64,000 bases of DNA. Origin: an uncultured Verrucomicrobiae bacterium (GTDB lineage: Bacteria; Verrucomicrobiota; Verrucomicrobiia; Limisphaerales; Palsa-1400). The stretch lies in NCBI GenBank assembly GCA_963707025.1, contig CAVPOM010000007.1, positions 160,001 to 224,000 on the forward strand, read 5' to 3'. Below, in pieces: positions 20,561-29,859 of the stretch. Positions within the stretch are counted from its first letter, which is position 1. Every line of letters starts with the position of its first letter. The notes beneath the pieces are model-generated. The model searched no databases. It had not been told where the DNA came from and saw only the letters and a list, made by a program, of their open reading frames with translations. The position numbers were made by a program, and so were the translations under genes.

Positions 20561-21262
20561 ATGAGAAGCCTGATCATTTTTCTTTCCGGAGCGGCGGTCG
20601 CATTGGTTTGCGTCTGGCTGGCCTCGTGCGGCGCGGACCGCCTGTCCGGCTCGCAGAAACACACTTTCAGCAGCTTCGATCCGCCGAGAGGGCCTGCCGC
20701 CGTGGTGCGATTCGACGCCGGCATGTTGAAGCTGGCCGATGCTGATTTGGAGCAGGTTTTGAATCTCTACCAGGAACTCTCCGCGCGCACCATTATTCGC
20801 GGCACCAACCTCCCGCCGGTGAAAATTTCGCTGCACAACCAAACCCCACTGACGCGTGTCGAGACCCTGCAACTGTTGGACACCGCGCTGGTGCAGAATG
20901 GCATCACCATGGTGCTGGTGGGGGACGCCACTGTAAAAGCAGTTCCGAACCGCGAGGCCGGCTCGGAGACTCCGCCGGCCATTGATGCCCGGGCCGACGA
21001 TTTGCCCGATTCCAGTTCTTACATGACTTGCACCGTTCGATTGAAGCATGCCAATGCGGACCAAGTCGTTCGGATGTTGGCTTTGGCGGCGCGGATGCAA
21101 AACAGCGTCGTTTACGTGCCCAGCGGCAACCTTCTTATCCTGCGCGACTATTCGGCGAACATCCGCCGAATGCTTCACCTGCTCCAGGAGGCGGACCGCC
21201 CACTGCTGCCTTGGGAGGGCAGCCACAGCCCGGCCACAAGTACGGCAGGCAAGCGGCAATGA
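20561..21262 (+). CDS. Secretin (GspD-type) N0/N1-domain-only probable lipoprotein
   Basis: DADLEQVLNLYQELSARTII...LLDTALVQNG, VRLKHANADQV, NLLILRDYSANIRRM; LASC lipobox; no secretin barrel. Confidence 0.68.
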   Translation: MRSLIIFLSGAAVALVCVWLASCGADRLSGSQKHTFSSFDPPRGPAAVVRFDAGMLKLADADLEQVLNLYQELSARTIIRGTNLPPVKISLHNQTPLTRVETLQLLDTALVQNGITMVLVGDATVKAVPNREAGSETPPAIDARADDLPDSSSYMTCTVRLKHANADQVVRMLALAARMQNSVVYVPSGNLLILRDYSANIRRMLHLLQEADRPLLPWEGSHSPATSTAGKRQ

Positions 21263-21594
21263 ACACGGCTGGTGTGATGGCCAGCCGCAATACGCGGGCG
21301 GGTCTCCGTCCTCGCTTTTGACACTTTTTGCGGTCATAAACGACTCCCCTGCCATTGCCTGCCATGCCGCCCGTTCCGCAGGCGCCAGCCCGAGAAACCG
21401 CGCCCCAAACGCCATCCGGCCTGCGACCCCGGAAATCCACCACTGCACCACTCCATTTTTTCTAATCAAGGTGTTTTCGGAACTGAACGCGGACCCGGCC
21501 GGCGTGGCGCCGGGCAGCAACTTCCCGCGCTTTCATTTCCAGCCTTTCCTTTCCACGGAATTTGGCTACGCTATTGCGGAAGACGGCTGTCATT

Positions 21595-21924
21595 ATGAAA
21601 GAAACGATTTCAGAAATTGAAGAGCGGATCAGGAGCGCCGGATCGCTCAAAGCGGAGAGCCGGGCGGAGTTGCTGGATTTGCTGGGGCAGTTGAAGTCGC
21701 AAATCGGCGCGCTTTCCAAAACCAATCAGGAGCAGGCCCAAAGCATCGCGGGGTTCACGGAAGTTTCGGCCCACGAGGCCACGCGCGAGGAAAAAAACCC
21801 CAAATCGCTCAAGCATTCCATTCTGGCCCTGCAATCCTCGGTGCATGAATTGGAACAGTCCCATCCCCAATTGGTGGGGGTGGTGGACCGCATCGCCACC
21901 ATGCTGGCCAGCATGGGGATTTGA
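21595..21924 (+). CDS. DUF4404-family small helical protein
   Basis: C-terminal ELEQSHPQLVGVVDRIATMLASMGI. Confidence 0.75.
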   Translation: MKETISEIEERIRSAGSLKAESRAELLDLLGQLKSQIGALSKTNQEQAQSIAGFTEVSAHEATREEKNPKSLKHSILALQSSVHELEQSHPQLVGVVDRIATMLASMGI

Positions 21925-21972
21925 GTGTCGCTCCGGCAAGGGGTGAAAGGAATTGCATGGTGAATTCCCAGG

Positions 21973-22392
21973 ATGCGATATACGAACGGATGGTTCGTTG
22001 AACAATTGTTTGGCCTTATGACCTCTCTGGCGTTCCATCCGATCCTTGCAGAGATTTCCGACAAGATGCCGGGCATGTTCATCGTCTGGATCGTCGGTTG
22101 TATTCTCGCGGTTGTTGCGGTTGGGTGTTGTCGCGTTTCCAAGTGGCTGTATCTGCTCATGATTCCGGTGGCCAGTTGGCTGGCGTATGCGGGATGGCAC
22201 GACAATGTTGCGGACAGATATTTCCACGATGCGATTGTCACTGAGTTGGGGAAGGGCTGCCTGATTCAGTCGATCAGTGCCAGCTTCGTTCCGTTGGTTG
22301 CGCTGCTCGCTTGTGGCCTCCATGATCTGGCCCGCTGGAGGCCCGAACAGGGAGGTCCAGCCAATGGGAGTCAGCCGTTCCGTTCAGAGTGA
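21973..22392 (+). CDS. Hypothetical membrane protein, lower GC, cassette-like
   Basis: Hydrophobic segments; C-terminus PEQGGPANGSQPFRSE; start uncertain. Confidence 0.55.
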   Translation: MRYTNGWFVEQLFGLMTSLAFHPILAEISDKMPGMFIVWIVGCILAVVAVGCCRVSKWLYLLMIPVASWLAYAGWHDNVADRYFHDAIVTELGKGCLIQSISASFVPLVALLACGLHDLARWRPEQGGPANGSQPFRSE

Positions 22393-22422
22393 ATATTAAT
22401 TGTCAGGCAGCCTTCACACGTC

Positions 22423-22710
22423 ATGGGAAAATTCGTAACAACAAACGTTCCGGCATGGAGGATTGTGCTTTGGGGAGTTGTCGCGGCGCTGGCGGTTTGC
22501 GGCCTCAGCTATTATGCATCCGGCCATTTCGACTACCGCATTTTGATTCTTGCGGCGTTCGTTGGTTTGCTGTTCTCCGGCTTCGGATTCTTTCTGCTCT
22601 GGTCAGCTCGGAGCGGTTGGGCAGCAAGTCACATGCGGACTTTGCTGGTCATTTATGTCGTTGGTCAGGCTGTGTTGCTGATTTGGACGATTATTTCTTA
22701 CCAGAAGTGA
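22423..22710 (+). CDS. Hypothetical 3-TM membrane protein, lower GC
   Basis: 95-aa ORF with three hydrophobic stretches. Confidence 0.6.
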   Translation: MGKFVTTNVPAWRIVLWGVVAALAVCGLSYYASGHFDYRILILAAFVGLLFSGFGFFLLWSARSGWAASHMRTLLVIYVVGQAVLLIWTIISYQK

Positions 22711-22893
22711 TTGGGCCGCAAAACGATTAAACAGTTTGGTTGCGTTCCAAATTCAAGCTTCGTGCGGTTTTTTGGCGCTGCGCCTGCTCACTCGAGCAAC
22801 ACGGATTTGATGAGATGGGCCGCGCGGTAATGCGCTTTCAAGCCATGCCTCAGTCCCGGGGGGGCTGGGAAGGCGCGCCGTGCTGACGCGCCT

Positions 22894-24155
22894 TTACTTG
22901 CGCGGCGCGGGAGGGGCGTTGGTCTTGGCCGGCTTGAAGGCGGAGCGCAGGAACCAGTGGCGCTTGAGACCCTGGATGAAATTGTCGCTGTCCACAATGA
23001 TTTGGGAAACCTCCGCGAGCATGTTGGAGTTGACCTGGACCTGATGGTTCAAATTGCTGGTCAGGTCCGCCAGATTGTCCAGCGAACTGCCCACCCCTTG
23101 AAAGACGGCGGCGAGATTAGTGTTGACATTGGTGATGGCGACGTTGACGTTGGTCAGGGTGCCGTTGGCGTTGAGCAGGGTGGCAGCCAACTGCAGGTTC
23201 AGGTTGGTGGGGATGAGCCAGTCGCCCAGCGACCCGTGCGGATCGCGCAGGTTGGCCGTGATGACCGCCGCGTTGCTGACGACCGGGCGGACGCCGGCGG
23301 CGACGGCGTTGAGGTTGGAGGTCAATTGCACGCTGTTGGAAAGGGTGGCGGCGATCTGGTTGGTCAGCGCCAGGAAGTTCGGCAGCGCCGCCTCGATCTG
23401 GGCCACGATGCCTTCCGCCCGGTCCATCAGCCCGGGCGATTCATCCGGCGACAGGATGTAGATGTTGGTTCCGGCAAACGGTTCGTAGTGATTTCCCTCG
23501 TCATTCCAAACGCCCTGGATGGGTTTATGCCGGGTGGTGGTGTCAATGGTCCAGACCTTGGACAAGCCCAGCCCGGCCAGTTTGTCCACGTTGGTGGACA
23601 GCGCCACCCAGGCCTTGCTTTCCAGGTTGGTCCCTTGAAAACGTCCTGGCCGAGCCTCAATTTCGGCAGATGCGGGGAGGACTTGATCTCTGCCAGCGTC
23701 ATTTCCTGCACGGGAAAATTCATGTAAGTGCTGTACCCGTTGGTTCCCTTGGTGATGTCCAACTCCTTGCCCATCAAGCCGGAGCTGACAAATTTGGCGC
23801 GCGAATTTCCGGTCCAGATGTAATTGTAATTGGTCCCCACCACGACAAAGGAGATCATCACGTTATGATCGGATCCCTTGCCCCGCGGCGGCATGGCGGC
23901 GATCTCCGTGATGTGGCCAATGGGAAAGCCCATCAACCGCACGTCGTCCCCCACCTTCAGGCCCTCCCCCGTGTCCGCGTAGGTCTTGTATTCGGCCTGC
24001 ACTTCAAACCACCCCCTCCGCTGCGCCGTTCGATACAAATAATAGCCCAAAGCCAGAATGATCAGCGCCGTGGCGGCGATGATGAACCAGCCCACGATCT
24101 TCTCCATGGGGTTGAGCCGGGTGCGAAGTTGCGGGGTCAAATCTTGAAGTGGCAT
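22894..24155 (-). CDS. mlaD: MCE/MlaD-family protein; 1-nt frameshift at about 23633
   Basis: TM anchor + EGLKVGDDVRLMGFPIGHITEI MCE motif; adding one G to the G-run restores FKGTNLESKAWVALS; helical C-terminus ending GLKRHWFLRSAF. Confidence 0.8.
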
Positions 24156-24171
24156 AGTCGTTTCCTTTGGT

Positions 24172-24963
24172 TCAAACGGGGGCGGCTGGCTCCCCCAACA
24201 ATTCCTGCACAATCGGATCGGTCAGGCCGGACAGTTGCGCATGGTGGCCCAGCGAATAAAACCGGCGCTTTTGCAAAATGGCAACGTGGACGGCGCGGCT
24301 TCGCCATGGCCGCAAATCTTCGGCGGCGACCACCAGCGTCATGGGCCGTCCCTCCAGGAAGCCATGTCCCGCGGACAATTGGCCCAGCGCCTCGAGCCAC
24401 CACTGAAGATGCCGGGCATCCAGTCCGCCCAGGGGATTATCCAGCAGCAGGACCTCCGGCTGCAACACCAGGGCGCGCGCCAGGCCCGCCCGTTTTTGCC
24501 AGGCCCGCCCCAACCTGCCCGGGAGGCGGCCGGCCCAGGGCGACAGGCCGGTCGCCTCCAGAATAGTCTTGACGCAGTTCTCCAGGTCGCCGCGGACCAG
24601 GTCCCGGTGATAACGCAAGGGCAGCGCGATATTCTCCTCGATGGTCAATTGGTGGAACAGTTGTCCGCCGTCAAAGACCAGGCCGAGGCGCAATCGTTCG
24701 GAAAGAAATTCGTCGCCGGTCACCGGCATTTCCCGGCCGAACAACCGGTAGCTCCCCCGCAGCGGTGCCGCCAGGCCGGCCGTCATGGCCAGAAAATCCG
24801 TTTTGCCCGTGCCATGCAGGCCGCCCAGCACCCAGTACTCCCCCGCCGCGACCGACCAATTCACATCTTCCAGGATGGGCGTCTCCGGGTCTCCCCGCGA
24901 TCCCACTGACAGGGCGCTCATTTCCAGGGCGGGAGTTTTGGGCAGGAGGCCGGCGTCGTCCAT
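24172..24963 (-). CDS. mlaF: MlaF-like ABC ATPase with degenerate motifs
   Basis: Walker A GLHGTGKT, LTIEENIALPL, ARALVLQPEVLLLDNP; lies between mlaE and mlaD. Confidence 0.75.
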   Translation of the reverse strand: MDDAGLLPKTPALEMSALSVGSRGDPETPILEDVNWSVAAGEYWVLGGLHGTGKTDFLAMTAGLAAPLRGSYRLFGREMPVTGDEFLSERLRLGLVFDGGQLFHQLTIEENIALPLRYHRDLVRGDLENCVKTILEATGLSPWAGRLPGRLGRAWQKRAGLARALVLQPEVLLLDNPLGGLDARHLQWWLEALGQLSAGHGFLEGRPMTLVVAAEDLRPWRSRAVHVAILQKRRFYSLGHHAQLSGLTDPIVQELLGEPAAPV

Positions 24964-24965
24964 AA

Positions 24966-25826
24966 TCAGGCGAAGATGTAAATGATGGTGAAGACGGCAT
25001 CCAGCAGCACGCAGGCCACCACGCTTTGCGCCACGGCGCGAATGGCGGCCTGCGGAACCTCCTCCAAGCGCAAAGGCTGCGCCAGCCCGTGGTAACAGGT
25101 AATTAGGGCGATGACGACGCCAAAGAGGCAGGACTTCAACGCCAGGATGACGAAGTCCAGGCCGCTCATGGCGTCGGTCAATTGTTGAATATACTTACCC
25201 GGCGGCAGGGGAATATTGGTGACGAAGACAAAGAAATAGCCGCTGACCAGCGTGCCGATAATGAAATAAATCGTCAGCGCAAACACCGCCAGCGCCATGC
25301 CGATCACCCGCGGCATGACCAGGTAATGAATGGGATCAATGCGCAAGGCTTCCAGCGCCTCGACTTCTCCCTGCGCCCGGGCTGTCCCCAGTTCGATCAC
25401 ATTGCGCGTGCCGGACCAGGCCAGGGCCACCATTGCGGTCAGCAGCGGGCCCAATTCGCGCACCACCACCGCCACCATGATGGGCCCCAGAAAAGAAGTG
25501 GCTCCCAGTTGGCTCAACAGCGTGATGGCCTGCCCGACGACGACCAAGCCCAACGCCGCCGAGATAAACAGAAACATCGGAAGCACCCGCGTCCCGGTGC
25601 GCGCCTGCTCCTTGTGAATGGCCGGAAAGGTGACATCGCGGGCCGCGCCAAATTTGCTCGTGATCACCCCGAAGGTAATGAGGGCAAAGGCCGCCAGCCC
25701 GCGCACCGTGGCCCAGAAGCCAAACAGGGCGCGGCCCATATAAGCCGCGTAGGACCATGACGGCGGCGCGGGCAGCAAAGCGCGCCCGGAAGATGCGGCC
25801 GGCGTGTCCGGATTCCTCTCGTCCAT
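24966..25826 (-). CDS. mlaE: MlaE-family permease
   Basis: VVRELGPLLTA, ELGTARAQGEVEAL, DPIHYLVMPRV. Confidence 0.88.
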   Translation of the reverse strand: MDERNPDTPAASSGRALLPAPPSWSYAAYMGRALFGFWATVRGLAAFALITFGVITSKFGAARDVTFPAIHKEQARTGTRVLPMFLFISAALGLVVVGQAITLLSQLGATSFLGPIMVAVVVRELGPLLTAMVALAWSGTRNVIELGTARAQGEVEALEALRIDPIHYLVMPRVIGMALAVFALTIYFIIGTLVSGYFFVFVTNIPLPPGKYIQQLTDAMSGLDFVILALKSCLFGVVIALITCYHGLAQPLRLEEVPQAAIRAVAQSVVACVLLDAVFTIIYIFA

Positions 25827-26057
25827 CCCGACAGCATAGTTTTGGGAGCGGGCCGGGTCAAAAATTATTTGTCCGCGTACCGGGGCGCTGAGAATGCAAT
25901 TCTAACGATGGATGCGGGGAAAACACGGGTGAGGCAAAATCGTGGCAGGGCAAAATCATTTTCACTATTCGCAATTCCCTCCCCGGCAGGGCGAGACTCC
26001 GTCGAGCCGCGACTGTGCCATTCATTTTGCATTTTGCATTTCCGGGAACCGGTCATG

Positions 26058-26807
26058 TCACTTGCTGATGCCGCGTTCGCTGGCGCGGATAAATTCCACC
26101 AGATGGCGCACTTCCGGCAGCGCCGGCAGTTCCGCCTCGATGCGGGCCAGGGCGTTGGGAATGGTCAGGCCTTCGCGAAACAGGATTTTATAGCTCTGTT
26201 TCAGCGCCGCCTGCGCCTCTGCCGCAACCCCGTTGCGTTCCAGGCCCACTTTGTTGACGGTCCGCGTTTTGGCGGGATTGCCGTCGGCCAGCATGTAAGG
26301 CGGCACGTCCTGCACCACTTTGGAACAGCCGCCGATGATGGACATGGCTCCGATCCGGCAAAACTGATGCACCGCTGCCAGCCCGCCAATCACCGCATAA
26401 TCCTCCACGCGGATATGCCCCGCCAGCGTGGCCACGTTGGACATGATGATGTGATTGCCCAGCGTGACGTTGTGCGCGATGTGGGCATAGGCCAGAATGT
26501 GGTTGTGCGAGCCGACCGTGGTGACTTCCCCGTCTCCCGTGGCGCTGTGGATGGTGACATATTCCCGGAAGGTGTTGTGGTCGCCGATTTGGGTGCGGGT
26601 CAGGCCGCCCTTCCATTTCAAGTCCTGCGTTTGCAGTCCGATGCTGGCGAAGGGAAAAATCTCGTTGCCTTCGCCCAGCACGGTGTGGCCGTCAATCACC
26701 ACGTGCGAATGCAGCCGGCAATTGTTCCCCAGCACAACGTGTTCGCCGATGACACAGTATGGCCCGATGACGCAGCCGGAACCGATTTGGGCTTTGGGGT
26801 GGATCAT
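26058..26807 (-). CDS. lpxA: UDP-N-acetylglucosamine acyltransferase
   Basis: Hexapeptide repeats, QDLK, REYVTIH, AHIAHN, ATLAGH, VHQFCRIG. Confidence 0.95.
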   Translation of the reverse strand: MIHPKAQIGSGCVIGPYCVIGEHVVLGNNCRLHSHVVIDGHTVLGEGNEIFPFASIGLQTQDLKWKGGLTRTQIGDHNTFREYVTIHSATGDGEVTTVGSHNHILAYAHIAHNVTLGNHIIMSNVATLAGHIRVEDYAVIGGLAAVHQFCRIGAMSIIGGCSKVVQDVPPYMLADGNPAKTRTVNKVGLERNGVAAEAQAALKQSYKILFREGLTIPNALARIEAELPALPEVRHLVEFIRASERGISK

Positions 26808-27193
26808 GGCATCGCGGATTGCGGATTGCGGGTTGCGGATTTGTTTCCGCGCCGTGCGGTGGTGATGGATTGGACAACCATGTCGAGGATTTCGCTGGCC
26901 TCGTTGATCAGCAACGACAGTCGTTTGGGTTTGATCGCGCCCGATTCAATCAGTAACTCCATCCAATAAAGAGATTCGTCGCATTCTTCTTCGACGATCC
27001 CCAGTTTGGCAATAAAATCCGCGCGCGACCGCGCGCGGCAAGCCGCCCGATAATTCGCGCCTGCAGACGTTCCGCACCGCAGCAATTGCCGCCCAATCAC
27101 CGAGGCGACCGCCGTTCCGGGCAATTGCCCAACCAATTTAATGATCCGCAGGGCAAATGTTTTCGTGCGCTTTTTAAAATCTTCCGGACTCAT
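26804..27193 (-). CDS. Four-helix-bundle protein (TIGR02436 / 23S rRNA intervening-sequence protein family)
   Basis: KRTKTFALRII, QLLRCGTSAGANYRAACRARSRADFIAKLGIVEEECDESLYWMELL. Confidence 0.92.
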   Translation of the reverse strand: MSPEDFKKRTKTFALRIIKLVGQLPGTAVASVIGRQLLRCGTSAGANYRAACRARSRADFIAKLGIVEEECDESLYWMELLIESGAIKPKRLSLLINEASEILDMVVQSITTARRGNKSATRNPQSAMP

Positions 27194-27244
27194 AACCAGC
27201 GCTTTGATGTTTCTTCAATCCGCAATCCGCAATCCGCAATTCCC
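26814..27244. repeat. Inverted heptamer arrays flanking the four-helix-bundle gene
   Basis: (GCGGATT)x4 with one variant at 26814-26841; (AATCCGC)x3 + AATTCCC at 27217-27244. Confidence 0.92.
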
Positions 27245-27250
27245 AAACCT

Positions 27251-28597
27251 TCACTGGCGGTCGAACAACATAAACGTCACCTCCGCCTCGCTCACCGTCT
27301 CGCCGTCCACCGAGCACACGCCCTTGGCCTTGCCGATTTTGCCGCGCGATTTGGTCAGCTCGACCGTGATCACCAGCACGTCGCCGGGACGCACCGGCTT
27401 GCGCCAGCGCACGCTCTCGGCGGACATGAAGTAGGCCAGCTTGCCAAAATTCTCCGCCTGCCGCAGCATCATCACCCCGGCCACCTGCGCGATCGCTTCC
27501 AATTGCAGCACTCCCGGCATGATGGGATGATTGGGAAAATGACCCTGAAAATAAGGCTCGTTGCTGGTCACATTCTTGACACCAACAATTTTTGTTCCCT
27601 CGATCTTCGTGATCTTGTCCACCATCAGGAAGGGATAGCGATGGGGGAGAATCTTCATCAGCCGCGCCGTGTCCAGCGCCTCGCCTTCCTTCAGCTCAAT
27701 AGGGGCTTCGCCGGGAGCGCCGGGGGCGGGCGGGGGCGGCGCGAAACTCCGGGCCGCCTCCAGCGGTTTGCGCATTTCCAGGCCGATCAGGCGCGCCAAT
27801 TCGCAGTTGGCCGCGTGCCCCGGCTTGACCGCGATGACGTGGGCGGAGAGCGGCGCGCCCGCCAGCGAAAGATCGCCGATCAGATCCAGGATCTTGTGCC
27901 GCACAAATTCCTCCGGATACCGCAGCGGCTCGGTCGTCAACACGGCGTCGTCCCGGATGACCACGGCGTTTTCCAGGCTCCCGCCCCGGATCAAACCGTT
28001 TTTGATCAGCGCCTCGATCTCCTCGAAATAACAGAAGGTGCGCGCATGGCCCAGGTCGCGCTCCCAGGTTTCCGGCGTCACTTCCACGGTATAGAACTGG
28101 GTGTGGCGCCCCCGCCCGTCGGCGCTGGTGCAGGTGATCTTGAAGCCGTCGTGCGGAAAAACCGACAGGGTCGTCTCGCCCCGCTCCAGGCAAATCGGGC
28201 TTTGCACCCGGTAAACCTCCCGCGGCTCGTCCTGCGCCGCCACCCCCGCGTCCTGGATCATTTTCATGTAGGGCCGCGCGCTGCCGTCGCCGATGGGCGG
28301 TTCGTTGGCGTCCAATTCCACGATCACGTTGTCAATGTCCCGCCCGGCAAACGCCGCCAGAACATGCTCCACCGTCTGAATTTTGACATTGCCGTGCGAC
28401 AAGGCGGTGGAGCGCGTGGTGGTGCTGACGTTTTCGATGCCGGCTTCCACCTCCGGCATCCCCTCCAAATCCACCCGGCGAAAACGCACGCCGCTGTTCG
28501 GCGGGGCCGGAAGAAAAGTCATGTTGACACGATTTCCGCTATGCAGGCCGATCCCGGAAAAACTCGCCGGCTGGCGCAGAGTTTGTTGATGTAACAC
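27251..28597 (-). CDS. lpxC-fabZ: Bifunctional LpxC deacetylase / FabZ dehydratase
   Basis: GIGLHSG, TVEHVLAA, ARTF, RHKILDLIGDL (LpxC); LPHRYPFLMVD, FQGHFP, MPGVLQLE (FabZ); probable GTG start 28597. Confidence 0.95.
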   Translation of the reverse strand: MLHQQTLRQPASFSGIGLHSGNRVNMTFLPAPPNSGVRFRRVDLEGMPEVEAGIENVSTTTRSTALSHGNVKIQTVEHVLAAFAGRDIDNVIVELDANEPPIGDGSARPYMKMIQDAGVAAQDEPREVYRVQSPICLERGETTLSVFPHDGFKITCTSADGRGRHTQFYTVEVTPETWERDLGHARTFCYFEEIEALIKNGLIRGGSLENAVVIRDDAVLTTEPLRYPEEFVRHKILDLIGDLSLAGAPLSAHVIAVKPGHAANCELARLIGLEMRKPLEAARSFAPPPPAPGAPGEAPIELKEGEALDTARLMKILPHRYPFLMVDKITKIEGTKIVGVKNVTSNEPYFQGHFPNHPIMPGVLQLEAIAQVAGVMMLRQAENFGKLAYFMSAESVRWRKPVRPGDVLVITVELTKSRGKIGKAKGVCSVDGETVSEAEVTFMLFDRQ

Positions 28598-28647
28598 CCA
28601 GAAATTAAACCAAATCCGCCCGCCCCTTGGCAAGCGCCTATCTCACC

Positions 28648-29859
28648 CTATCGCAGCCTCAGGTAAATACACTTGAGATACTCCCCCTCCGCAAATGTGA
28701 CCGGATGATCCGGGGCATGGCCCGTCGTGCGCCATTCCTCGAAGCCACGCCCGCTTTGGCGCGCCGCCTCCCGCGCCAGACCGAAGAAGTCCGCGGCGGA
28801 AACGTGGGCGGAGCACGACGCCGCCACCAGCATGCCGTTCGGGTTCAATCGCTCCATCGCCCCCGTCAGCAGCCGCCCATAAGCGCCCATCGCCTCTGCG
28901 CGCTCGGACTGGCGCCTGGCCAGCGCGGGCGGGTCCAGCACAATCAAATCAAACCGCCGCGCCGCCGCGCCGCGCAACCAGGAAAAGACATCCGCCTGCG
29001 CCTTTTCGTGCGGGCAACCCGCCACCGCCGGAAGATTCCGGTTCAAGGCAAAATTCCGCTCCGCCGCCGCCAGCGCTGGCCGGCTGATGTCCACGCTGCA
29101 AACCGAGGCCGCCCCGCCGCGCGCCGCATAGAGCGAAAAGCCCCCCGAGTAGCTGAACAAATTCAACACCCTCCCTCCGGCGGCCAGCGGTTCCACCTGC
29201 CGGCGATTCTCCCGTTGATCCAGAAAAAAACCCGTCTTCTGGCCGCGCAAAACATCCGCCTCAAACCGCAGTCCGCTTTCCTGAAAAACCACCGGCCCCT
29301 CCGGCGCCGCGCCGTGCAGCAGTTGGCCGTCTTCATACCCGAATTGCCGCGCCGCCGCTGTGGCGATATTCCTGCTCAAACGCAGCACGATGCGATTTTC
29401 CCCCGCCGCCAGAAGTTCCACCACTTCGCCCAGGCGCGGCAACCAGGCTGCCGTGTACAATTTCAGCGCCAGCGTCGTGCCGTACCGATCCAGCACCAGG
29501 CCCGGCCAGCCGTCGCTTTCCCCGTTAATGCAACGATACCCCGTCGTCTTCTCGTCGAACAGTCCGGCGCGCCGCGCCAGTGCTTCGTCCAAATGCCGCC
29601 GCCACCAATCCCGATCGAGCGGCTGCGGTTTGCCCGCATGGAGAATGCGAACGCGAATGGGCGAATCGGGATCAAACAAACCGGCGGCCAGAAACTCATT
29701 GTTCCGGTCATAAATGACGGCGAGTTCGCCGGTTTTGCCCGGACGATTCTGCCGGCGGACACTGGCGGCAAACAGCCACGGATGCCCTGCGCGCACGACA
29801 CTTTCCGCCGCCGCGGCCAGCCGCAGCCGCAACGCCGGATTTTTAGACTTGACGTTCAT
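28648..29859 (-). CDS. RlmI/RlmK-type class I SAM-dependent rRNA methyltransferase
   Basis: GHPWLF (PUA-like), [45 protein letters not shown] overlap with the upstream gene. Confidence 0.88.
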   Translation of the reverse strand: MNVKSKNPALRLRLAAAAESVVRAGHPWLFAASVRRQNRPGKTGELAVIYDRNNEFLAAGLFDPDSPIRVRILHAGKPQPLDRDWWRRHLDEALARRAGLFDEKTTGYRCINGESDGWPGLVLDRYGTTLALKLYTAAWLPRLGEVVELLAAGENRIVLRLSRNIATAAARQFGYEDGQLLHGAAPEGPVVFQESGLRFEADVLRGQKTGFFLDQRENRRQVEPLAAGGRVLNLFSYSGGFSLYAARGGAASVCSVDISRPALAAAERNFALNRNLPAVAGCPHEKAQADVFSWLRGAAARRFDLIVLDPPALARRQSERAEAMGAYGRLLTGAMERLNPNGMLVAASCSAHVSAADFFGLAREAARQSGRGFEEWRTTGHAPDHPVTFAEGEYLKCIYLRLR

